Virus record (IMG/VR): IMGVR_UViG_3300025015_000027
Span: 3,186-67,185 of that record
DNA: 64,000 nucleotides
Origin: a virus
Lineage: Duplodnaviria > Caudoviricetes
Reading direction: 5' to 3' (one strand)
Part shown: positions 29,229 through 36,682 of the stretch, piece after piece
Layout of the letters: the number at the start of each line of letters is the position of its first letter
Position numbering within the stretch: the first letter of the stretch is position 1
Notes under the pieces: generated by a model
The model's database searches: none
What the model was told of the DNA's origin: nothing
The model's input: the letters and a program-made list of their open reading frames with translations, nothing else
Made by a program: the position numbers and the translations under genes

Positions 29229-29600
29229 ATGGAAAACTTTAAATTAGCAAGTCAGCAAAAGCTAAGATTTCAAACCAATAAAGGTTTGTTATCAACAGAA
29301 CAATTATGGGACTTATCCCTCAAAGATCTAGATATTTTGGCGGTATCTTTAGAAATCGAACATAAACAGTTGGCAAAAAAATCTTTCTTGACTAAAACAT
29401 CCATAAAAGATAAAACAATCAAACTAAGATTTGATGTTGTATTTGACATCTTAAGCACTAAAATAGCCGAAGAAGAAGCCATTACTGAAGCAATGGAAAT
29501 TAAAGAACACAACAAAAAGATTCTTTCTTTAATTGCAGAAAAGCAAGATGAATCATTGAAAGATAAATCAATCAAGCAACTTGAAACCATGTTAAAATAG
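29229..29600 (+). CDS. Conserved phage protein, partner of the upstream gene
   Basis: KLRFQT.KG.LSTEQLWDL motif with coiled-coil C-terminus. Confidence 0.7.
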   Translation: MENFKLASQQKLRFQTNKGLLSTEQLWDLSLKDLDILAVSLEIEHKQLAKKSFLTKTSIKDKTIKLRFDVVFDILSTKIAEEEAITEAMEIKEHNKKILSLIAEKQDESLKDKSIKQLETMLK

Positions 29601-29609
29601 CTAAAGATT

Positions 29610-29680
29610 TGACGGGTCGTCTAATAGTAGGACGCAGGAGTCTGGTTCCTGAAATTGTGGTTCAAATCCACGCCCGTCAA
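29610..29680 (+). tRNA. tRNA-Gln (anticodon CTG)
   Basis: Acceptor TGACGGG/CCCGTCA, D-arm GTCT..GGAC, anticodon arm CAGGA-GTCTGGT-TCCTG, T-arm TGTGG-TTCAAAT-CCACG. No encoded CCA. Confidence 0.88.
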
Positions 29681-29682
29681 CT

Positions 29683-29759
29683 TTCACCGCAACTTAGTTC
29701 AATAAAACAACATATTTATAATGTATGTGTCATTGGTTCAAATTCAATCAGTGAAACCA
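29683..29759 (+). pseudogene. Degenerate tRNA-like element, apparent anticodon TAT (Ile)
   Basis: TTCACCG/CAGTGAA acceptor plus ACCA, arm ACATA-TTTATAA-TGTAT, T-arm ATTGG-TTCAAAT-TCAAT. D-arm broken and about 5 extra nt. Confidence 0.45.
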
Positions 29760-29778
29760 ACACTAATAAAAATAAATT

Positions 29779-29934
29779 ATGACAAAAAAAATGAAAAATC
29801 TACCAAAGGGAATGATACCTGACAGAGATAATATAGTATATTATGATACAGAAAAAGAACAATTTTACATCATTAAATGGGAAGAGGGTGGAAATAGCGA
29901 TATTCCTATCAGAATTTATATACCAAAATATTAA
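29779..29934 (+). CDS. Small hypothetical protein (51 aa, below the cutoff)
   Basis: MTKKMKNLPKGMIPDRDNIVYYDTEKEQFYIIKWEEGGNSDIPIRIYIPKY, preceded by an AT-rich leader. Confidence 0.45.
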   Translation: MTKKMKNLPKGMIPDRDNIVYYDTEKEQFYIIKWEEGGNSDIPIRIYIPKY

Positions 29935-30111
29935 ATAGCCTAGTCATCACAGAATTTAATTTAAAAAACAAAACCTGAAATACGAAACAAACTTTAATTA
30001 GAATACTAAAAGCATTGCATAAATTTAGTATTATGTGTAGTTGTTTTTCTGGTTTCCACAGTTAAACCATTATTTCAAGACAAGAATTTTCAACTTTTAA
30101 ATTCAATAACC

Positions 30112-30852
30112 ATGAAAATATTTCAAAGCAGAAACATCAATGATTACAAACCAATTCTTGAAGGATTAGTAGAAGATTGGGGATATATTTATTGGTCATC
30201 AATCTTAAAATGGTGCAACATAATTAATAATCCCATAGATGGTAAATATTGGGAGGTATGGATTATAGAATACGAAAATAAAATTATTGGAATTTGCGGA
30301 TTATGGTCGCAGAAAGCAAACTCCATTGAAGAACTTTGGCTTGGATGGTTCGGCTTAATTCCAGAGATGAGAAATAAAAAAATAGGCAATGATATTATCA
30401 AATTCATGGAAAATGAAGCAAAAAGATTAGGAACTAAAAAGATATTGTCTTACGTTGATAAAGACGGGAAACCATTAAACTTCTATTTTAAAAATGGCTA
30501 TGAAAGAATTTGCTCCGTAAGAGAATATCTTAAAAAAAACCCAACAGCATTAGAAAATGATTTTCAAGACAAGGACGACCATATTATTTCTAAACTTTTA
30601 ACTTTTACGGAAATTGAAATTACAAATATGCAGAAAGATAATTTAAAAAACGAAACCTCCACTGACGCAAATAATATATTAACAAAAGGATTACCCATAG
30701 ATAATATAATACATATTGATATAAAGAAATTCATCATATGGTTATTCCACAAGGATGAATGGCATTATGATAGTACAGAAAATTTATGGAAGCAAGATGG
30801 TTACGGAAGTAAAACAATAGATGAACTTTATTTATACTACCAAACTAAATGA
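30112..30852 (+). CDS. GNAT acetyltransferase fused to an unrelated C-terminal ORF
   Basis: LWLGWFGLIPEMRNKKIG acetyl-CoA loop and NFYFKNGY. A second ATG at 30628 begins an unrelated segment. Confidence 0.75.
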   Translation: MKIFQSRNINDYKPILEGLVEDWGYIYWSSILKWCNIINNPIDGKYWEVWIIEYENKIIGICGLWSQKANSIEELWLGWFGLIPEMRNKKIGNDIIKFMENEAKRLGTKKILSYVDKDGKPLNFYFKNGYERICSVREYLKKNPTALENDFQDKDDHIISKLLTFTEIEITNMQKDNLKNETSTDANNILTKGLPIDNIIHIDIKKFIIWLFHKDEWHYDSTENLWKQDGYGSKTIDELYLYYQTK

Positions 30853-30856
30853 CACA

Positions 30857-30938
30857 AGCGTATATTAGCGGTGTGCGTGGGGTTTGTGCGTGAGCCAGTT
30901 TTGTTTTATTAAATTAAATTTTTGCGAGAGAAACTTTT
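30857..30938 (+). repeat. Right-arm remnant of attC-like site plus conserved downstream tail (site C)
   Basis: AGCGTATATTAGCGGTGTGCGTGGGGTTTGTGCGTGAGCCAGTT is similar to 36575-36625 AGCGTATATATGGTGTTACCTGTGTGCGGTGGGATTGTGTGTAAGCCAGTT. Confidence 0.6.
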
Positions 30939-30953
30939 AAACCAAATATAAAA

Positions 30954-31292
30954 ATGACAATAAAAAAATTCAAAAACGGACAATGGATAATTGCAAAATG
31001 GGAAGGTGGCGATATTGACTTCGCCAAATTCCAGACATACTTTGAGAAAAATGAGTTTTTGACAAGCCAATTTTATCGTTTTCAGCAAGATGGCAAAATT
31101 GAAACTTTAACTAGTAAAGAAAGCTGCGACTTGACTAATTGTAGATACGAGGAAAATTGGCGACTTGCTACAAAAAAAGAAATTAATAAATATATTAAAC
31201 TGTGCGGTGGGAAAATTCAATTTAATAAAACAAAATTACCGCTAACGAGCCGAGTGCTTGCGAAGTTGGCTTTTGCCTCTCACAAATGTTAA
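30954..31292 (+). CDS. Hypothetical cassette gene
   Basis: 112 aa, its end runs into palindrome D. Confidence 0.6.
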   Translation: MTIKKFKNGQWIIAKWEGGDIDFAKFQTYFEKNEFLTSQFYRFQQDGKIETLTSKESCDLTNCRYEENWRLATKKEINKYIKLCGGKIQFNKTKLPLTSRVLAKLAFASHKC

Positions 31293-31381
31293 TTAAAAGA
31301 ACTAAACTATAAAATTATGACAAACGAAAATTTGGAACACAAAACAGCAAAAGACAATTTTGTTAAGCACTGTGTTAGCGG
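31239..31381. repeat. attC-like imperfect palindrome D
   Basis: CCGCTAAC-GAGCCG-AGTGCTT-GCGAAGTTG-G-CTTTTG ... CAAAAG-A-CAATTTTGT-[T]-AAGCACT-GT-GTTAGCGG. Confidence 0.75.
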
Positions 31382-31577
31382 AAATTTTTTCTCTGCTCTC
31401 GTAGATGCACATAAATTTTTTGTTGAGAAATCGCCATCATTTGTTGGTAGGATGAACATTAAAGCAGACAGATATATTATGAGTTGGAAGGAAAAAATTT
31501 ATTATCCAATAGCATACTGCAAGTTTATGAGTAGCTGTATCGGTGATTGGAAACGGCAGAGAAAAAATTTACGCTAA
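31317..31577 (+). CDS. Hypothetical cassette gene
   Basis: Starts inside the loop of palindrome D. Its stop TAA lies within the inverse core (CGCTAAC) of palindrome E. Confidence 0.6.
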   Translation: MTNENLEHKTAKDNFVKHCVSGNFFSALVDAHKFFVEKSPSFVGRMNIKADRYIMSWKEKIYYPIAYCKFMSSCIGDWKRQRKNLR

Positions 31578-31710
31578 CGACGAGTATCAGGGTTTAAGAA
31601 GTGGCGGATTAAAAGCACGAAAGTTATGAAGAATCACAGCAGTTTATTAAAAGCACAAACGGTCAAAGATGGCACTGAACCCGCCATTTCTTTAAACCCT
31701 GTGTTATCTG
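31572..31710. repeat. attC-like imperfect palindrome E
   Basis: CGCTAAC-GACGAGTAT-CAGGGTTTAA-GAAGTGGCGG ... CCGCCATTTC-[T]-TTAAACCCTG-T-GTTATCTG. Confidence 0.78.
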
Positions 31711-31806
31711 CTGCCGCTTTCACTGAACTTAAATCGAAGCACAAGAAAAAAGAAAAATTTTAGCGAGGGAAATTCATTTAATCATTAACAAATAAAAATC
31801 AAAATT

Positions 31807-32394
31807 ATGCCAACAGGTTACACACACTCAATCAGCGAAGGAATATCCTTTGAAAAGTTTACGCTTAACTGCGCAAAAGCATTTGGTGCTTTAATCTCAA
31901 TGAGAGATGAACCAAATGATGCACCAATACCAACAGAAATAAAGCCAAGCGATTGGAACGCTAAAGCACTAAAGAAAGCACAATCGGATTTAAAGAAGTA
32001 TGAGGAAATGAAACTTTCGGAAGCAGAAAAACTTTGCCAAAAGGATTACGATAATGAACTGAAACGAATTGCAGAAAGCGAATTGAAAGATGCAAAATTA
32101 AAAACTGATTACGAATTGCTATTGGCTAAAGTAAAGAAGTGGACACCGCCAATACCCGAACACGAAGGACTGAAAAACTTTATGATTGAGCAGATTGAAA
32201 GTAGTATCAAATGGGATTGCGAACACGAAAGAAGTAAACCTAAAAAACAAAATGCAGAGCAATGGTTACTTGCACAAAAACGCCAAGCTATAAAGGATAT
32301 TGACTACCATACAAAAGCCAATAATGAAGAAATTGACTGCTGTGCAAAAAAAACAAAATGGATACAGGACTTAATTAAATCATTAAACAATTAA
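31807..32394 (+). CDS. Conserved phage protein (MPTGYT family)
   Basis: MPTGYT...F..F...CA.AFGA.I.MRD N-terminus, recurrent in phages, function unknown. Confidence 0.75.
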   Translation: MPTGYTHSISEGISFEKFTLNCAKAFGALISMRDEPNDAPIPTEIKPSDWNAKALKKAQSDLKKYEEMKLSEAEKLCQKDYDNELKRIAESELKDAKLKTDYELLLAKVKKWTPPIPEHEGLKNFMIEQIESSIKWDCEHERSKPKKQNAEQWLLAQKRQAIKDIDYHTKANNEEIDCCAKKTKWIQDLIKSLNN

Positions 32395-32490
32395 GAGCGT
32401 GGGCAAAATTTTTCTTTTTTCTCTTTCAAGTTACCACGAACTTCAATACGGAGCAAGGCGGTTGCAGCTAACGGTTGCAGGTTTGAGAAG
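32395..32490 (+). repeat. Repeated leader plus left arm of truncated attC-like site F
   Basis: GAGCGTGGGCAAAATTTTTCTTTTTTCT...AATACGGAG...GCAGCTAACGG mirrors 36002-36089. Confidence 0.6.
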
Positions 32491-32512
32491 TTTAAAAAAT
32501 ACCAATAAAAAA

Positions 32513-33232
32513 ATGACAACAATCAATTTAGAAAAATCTCTTATTAGAGAAAACAGAAAACTGGCAATGCCAAAAGAATTACTACTCATAAATGAGTATG
32601 ACAAGTTCACTCCATTGGTGGAAAACGATGCACTTTCAAGAGTTGGATTAAACAGAACATTAAAAGAGGGCAAGAACATCAAGAATAGGATAAACCGAAA
32701 ACAGGAGCAAACAAAAGTATTTACACAAGAAAAAGTTTTTCATATAAGCCAAATAAAAGGCATTTGTGAAAAATATCGTTTGCGTTTTTTGCCAACACAA
32801 AAATACAGAGGCATTATTGATAACGATTTACCAAACAGAATTTCAACTTTTGAGGTTGCATATAATTTGAAATGCACAGAATACAATACAAGAATTGTTG
32901 CACCAATGGAAAGTTTTGAATTAGAAAAAAGACCAAAAGACCCATTGATGTTTTATGAAATAAATGACGAATACTTTTACCTAATTCACAAATGGGGAAA
33001 CGACCTTAGTTTAAGCAGGGAAATATTGCCTTTGTTTGAAAGCGGTTTATTCTGCTGGCTGTTTATTCCACTTGTATTTACTGCTTTATTTCTTATAAGT
33101 TTTAAAGTTGGAGTAATTGCAACGATAATCGCTTTTGTTTTATCATCAATTATTCAGGCGGCAACTTGGATGACAGTAGATGAACCAATGAGATTTTTGA
33201 AACCGAATACTTGGAATAGCGAATATGAATAA
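32513..33232 (+). CDS. Conserved phage protein with C-terminal transmembrane hairpin
   Basis: Probable start MTTINLEKS at 32513, KDPLMF...YLIHKWG motif, hydrophobic tail. Confidence 0.65.
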   Translation: MTTINLEKSLIRENRKLAMPKELLLINEYDKFTPLVENDALSRVGLNRTLKEGKNIKNRINRKQEQTKVFTQEKVFHISQIKGICEKYRLRFLPTQKYRGIIDNDLPNRISTFEVAYNLKCTEYNTRIVAPMESFELEKRPKDPLMFYEINDEYFYLIHKWGNDLSLSREILPLFESGLFCWLFIPLVFTALFLISFKVGVIATIIAFVLSSIIQAATWMTVDEPMRFLKPNTWNSEYE

Positions 33233-33296
33233 ACCTTTTAAGGTTTTAAAAAAACTTACAGTGCGAGGGCTATTTATTTTTAAAACAAACAACGAT

Positions 33297-34130
33297 ATGA
33301 CAACAATCAATTTAGACAAGAACTTTCAACCCTACGGACAGGGAATTGAATTTCAGGATTTCGTTTTCCCAAGTGGTTGCGAAGTTCACATAAAGTTACC
33401 GAAAATTGAAGATACAAAGGTGTTGCTTACAACACGAATAAAATCTTCTGATGATGTAATGAAATTACTTATGGCTACTGATGCTTTAAAGCGTTGTGGA
33501 GTAAAAGAAATTGAATTATTGATGCCATACCTACCCTATGCAAGACAGGATAGGCAAATGGTAAAAGGCGAACCACTTTCATTGAAAATATTTGCCGACT
33601 TGCTGAACTCATTGAACTTTGCAAAAGTCTCTGTTTATGATGTGCATAGTGAAGTTTCACTCGCACTAATAAATAACAGTGAGGCAATAGACAATCACAA
33701 ATTTGTTGCAGAAGTTTTAAAAGGTGATACGGATTACTACATTATTTCGCCTGATGCTGGTGCTTACAAAAAGATTTTCAAACTGTGCCAACATTTGAAA
33801 TACAAAGATGAAATAATCATGTGCAACAAACTCCGTGATGTTTCAAATGGAGTTATCCGTTCCCCGACTGTGAGCCACAAAGATTTAGGAGGCAAAAACT
33901 GTTACATTGTAGATGACATTTGTGATGGTGGTGGAACATTCATTTTGCTTGCCGATGTTTTGAAAGAACGAAATGCAGGAAAAGTAAATCTTATTGTTTC
34001 TCACGGTATTTTTTCAAAAGGCGTAAATGCTTTGGCTAACATCAATCACATTTACACTACCAATGCTTTCAATGATTGCGAACCGAATAATAAACTAACT
34101 CAAATAAAATTATGCAGCACCCTTATTTAA
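33297..34130 (+). CDS. Ribose-phosphate pyrophosphokinase-like enzyme (Adps-like, NARP1)
   Basis: FPSGCEVHIK, PYLPYARQDR, DVHS, SPDAGA, IVDDICDGGGTF (PRPP-binding loop) and VSHGIFS. Probable start MTTINLDK at 33297. Confidence 0.9.
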   Translation: MTTINLDKNFQPYGQGIEFQDFVFPSGCEVHIKLPKIEDTKVLLTTRIKSSDDVMKLLMATDALKRCGVKEIELLMPYLPYARQDRQMVKGEPLSLKIFADLLNSLNFAKVSVYDVHSEVSLALINNSEAIDNHKFVAEVLKGDTDYYIISPDAGAYKKIFKLCQHLKYKDEIIMCNKLRDVSNGVIRSPTVSHKDLGGKNCYIVDDICDGGGTFILLADVLKERNAGKVNLIVSHGIFSKGVNALANINHIYTTNAFNDCEPNNKLTQIKLCSTLI

Positions 34131-34510
34131 GCGATACCGCCTGTGTTTACAGGCTGGTTGATGAATATAAAAAATATGGCAGTTTGGTTATTGCCTATGA
34201 CTTTGATAATTGTGTTTACGATTATCATTCCAAAGGACACAATTACATTGAGGTAATTGAATTACTGAAACAAGCAAAAGAAATAAACTGCTTTATGATT
34301 GTTTTTACTGCTGAAAAAGATTTGGAAAAAGTAAAAAAAATACTGAATGAATTACAACTTCCTTTTGATGCAATAAATGAAAATCCTCCATTCTTCAAAT
34401 CCGATGCAAGGAAAATTTATTTCAACTTGCTTTTGGATGATAGAGCAGGATTGCTTTCCGCTTACGAACAATTAAAACAAACTATTAACATAATTAAAAA
34501 CAAAATCTAA
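34112..34510 (+). CDS. HAD-superfamily hydrolase (capless)
   Basis: VIAYDFDNCV (DxD motif I), IVFTA (motif II), KIYFNLLLDDRAG (motifs III/IV). Confidence 0.75.
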   Translation: MQHPYLSDTACVYRLVDEYKKYGSLVIAYDFDNCVYDYHSKGHNYIEVIELLKQAKEINCFMIVFTAEKDLEKVKKILNELQLPFDAINENPPFFKSDARKIYFNLLLDDRAGLLSAYEQLKQTINIIKNKI

Positions 34511-34511
34511 A

Positions 34512-35981
34512 ATGAAAAACAATCCAGCAAATCAAATTGACTTCTACAAAGCTGACCATAGAAGCCAGTATCCGAAAGGAACTGAAATTGTGTTTAGCAA
34601 TTTAACTCCTCGCACAAGCCGAAATAAGGAGATAAAAGAAGTAGTGTTTTTCGGACTGCAATACTTTGTAAAAGAGTATTTAATTAGCCGATGGAACGAA
34701 GATTTCTTTCAGCAACCGAAAGAGAAAGTTGTAAATGATTACAAGCGTAGAATTGAAACTTCGCTTGGCAAAGGAGCAATTACCTTTGAACACATTGAAG
34801 CATTGCACGACTTGGGATATTTGCCTATGGAAATAAAAGCATTACCCGAAGGAAGTTTAATACCGATGCGTTGCCCTTGCTTGGTAATGTTCAATACTAA
34901 AAAAGAATTTTTCTGGCTGACAAATTATTTTGAAACTATTTTGAGTTGTGTAATTTGGGGAGCAATTACTTCGGCTACAACTGCTTACCAATACAAAAAA
35001 TTGCTTACTGAATTTGCAGACAAAACAGTTGGCAACCGTGATTTTGTGCAATGGCAAGGACACGATTTTTCTTTTCGTGGAATGTTCGGGTATGAAGCTG
35101 CTTGCATTAGCGGGGCTGCTCACTTGCTTTCATTTACGGGAACGGACACAATACCCGCAATAGATTTTCACGAAAAATATTATGGTGCTGATGCCGATAA
35201 AGAATTGATTGGGGCAAGTGTTCCAGCAACCGAACATTCGGTTATGAGTATGGGGACGCAAGAAAATGAAATTGCAACCTTTGAAAGACTGATTTCAGAA
35301 ATTTATCCGAATGGAATTGTAAGTATCGTTTCTGATACTTGGAATTTTTGGAAAGTGATTACTGAATACTTGCCACAACTGAAAGAAAGAATACTTGCCC
35401 GAAATGGTAAAGTAGTTATTCGCCCTGATAGTGGCGACCCTGTGAAAATTATTTGCGGTGATAAAGATGCACCGATTGGAACACCTGAATACAAAGGAGC
35501 AATAGAATGTATGTGGGAAGTGTTTGGAGGCACTACAACCGAAAAAGGATATAAACTTTTAGACGGACATATTGGATTGATTTACGGTGATAGTATTACG
35601 GTTGAAAGATGTAAACAAATTTGTGGGCAACTTGCAGACAAAGGATTTTGTTCTTTTAATGTAGTGTTTGGGATTGGCTCTTACACTTACCAATATGTAA
35701 CCCGTGATACTTTCGGATTTGCAGTAAAAGCAACCTACGGAGAAGTGAATGGAGAAAGCAGGGCAATTTTCAAAACTCCGAAAACTGATGATGGCACAAA
35801 GAATAGTGCAAAAGGACTGATTGCAATTTACAAATCAGAGAACGGAAACGGATATGATATGCACGATGGATTAAATTGGAAAGAGGTAAATAACTGTGAA
35901 CTGAAAACTGTGTTTAAAGATGGTAAAATTGAGAACGAACAAACACTATCACAAATCAGGGAACTTTTAAAAACCTTTTAA
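34512..35981 (+). CDS. Nicotinamide phosphoribosyltransferase-like enzyme (Namat/NadV-like, NARP1)
   Basis: DFYKADH, HDFSFRG, VPATEHSVM, SIVSDT, VIRPDSGDP, LIYGDSIT, FGIGS, KNSAKG. Confidence 0.92.
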   Translation: MKNNPANQIDFYKADHRSQYPKGTEIVFSNLTPRTSRNKEIKEVVFFGLQYFVKEYLISRWNEDFFQQPKEKVVNDYKRRIETSLGKGAITFEHIEALHDLGYLPMEIKALPEGSLIPMRCPCLVMFNTKKEFFWLTNYFETILSCVIWGAITSATTAYQYKKLLTEFADKTVGNRDFVQWQGHDFSFRGMFGYEAACISGAAHLLSFTGTDTIPAIDFHEKYYGADADKELIGASVPATEHSVMSMGTQENEIATFERLISEIYPNGIVSIVSDTWNFWKVITEYLPQLKERILARNGKVVIRPDSGDPVKIICGDKDAPIGTPEYKGAIECMWEVFGGTTTEKGYKLLDGHIGLIYGDSITVERCKQICGQLADKGFCSFNVVFGIGSYTYQYVTRDTFGFAVKATYGEVNGESRAIFKTPKTDDGTKNSAKGLIAIYKSENGNGYDMHDGLNWKEVNNCELKTVFKDGKIENEQTLSQIRELLKTF

Positions 35982-36079
35982 TTTTTTGAAAAAAAATAGG
36001 AGAGCGTGGGCAAAAATTTTTTCTTTTTTTCTTCCTCAATTAACCGATGAAGTTAAATACGAAGATGGATGCCCGCTTT

Positions 36080-36214
36080 CATATAACGGATTGGGGCTTA
36101 AAGAAGTGGCGGATAAAAGCAGAAAACTATCTATGGAAAACGGAACTCAAATACAAGTAACAAACGGTATTAAAAATGATGCACCCACCATTTCTTTTAA
36201 GCTCTCGTTATATG
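36080..36214. repeat. attC-like imperfect palindrome G
   Basis: CATATAAC-GGATT-GGGGCTTAAA-GAAGTGGCGG ... CCACCATTTC-[T]-TTTAAGCTCT-C-GTTATATG. Arms are homologous to site E. Confidence 0.78.
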
Positions 36215-36516
36215 CTGATTCATTTTTTATTGCGGGTAGAAAAACTCAAATTATAATGGCATTAGCAAGACCAACACCAACTTGCCCTTATTGTGGTAAA
36301 GCAACAGGAAAAGGAATATACAAAGATGAAAGTGATGTGTCGAGATTTATGCGATTAATTGGCGATACATTTCTTAGATGGGAACACAAAGAATGTAGCT
36401 GTAAGGGAGCAAAGAAGGCACGAAAGGAGCATAAAAAAGCAATGGAAAAACTCCATAAAGAACACCCGATTGATTGGAAGAAAATGTTTGAAGGTAAGGC
36501 GGGAGGCAAAAAATGA
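36133..36516 (+). CDS. Zinc-finger-like cassette gene (start at 36133 or 36256)
   Basis: CPYCGK...CSC. The track start at 35986 only reads through the repeat element. Confidence 0.55.
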   Translation: MENGTQIQVTNGIKNDAPTISFKLSLYADSFFIAGRKTQIIMALARPTPTCPYCGKATGKGIYKDESDVSRFMRLIGDTFLRWEHKECSCKGAKKARKEHKKAMEKLHKEHPIDWKKMFEGKAGGKK

Positions 36517-36521
36517 ATTTG

Positions 36522-36596
36522 CGTATAACGTAAAAGTATATGCGCTGTTGTGCGTTGCTTGTGGGTGGGAAAATAGCGTATATATGGTGTTACCTG
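36522..36596. repeat. Short attC-like palindrome H
   Basis: CGTATAAC-GTAAAAG-TATATGCGCTGTT ... AATAGCGTATATA-TGGT-GTTACCTG. Confidence 0.68.
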
Positions 36597-36682
36597 TGTG
36601 CGGTGGGATTGTGTGTAAGCCAGTTGTAAATTTTTATTAAACATTTTAGCGAGGAAATTTTAATCATTTAATCATAAAAAAT

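Noticed and set aside
35986-36132. N-terminal extension of the 176-aa ORF (likewise 32399-32512 and 33225-33296)
   Set aside because: These stretches translate repeat or leader elements. Better starts with AT-rich leaders lie downstream.
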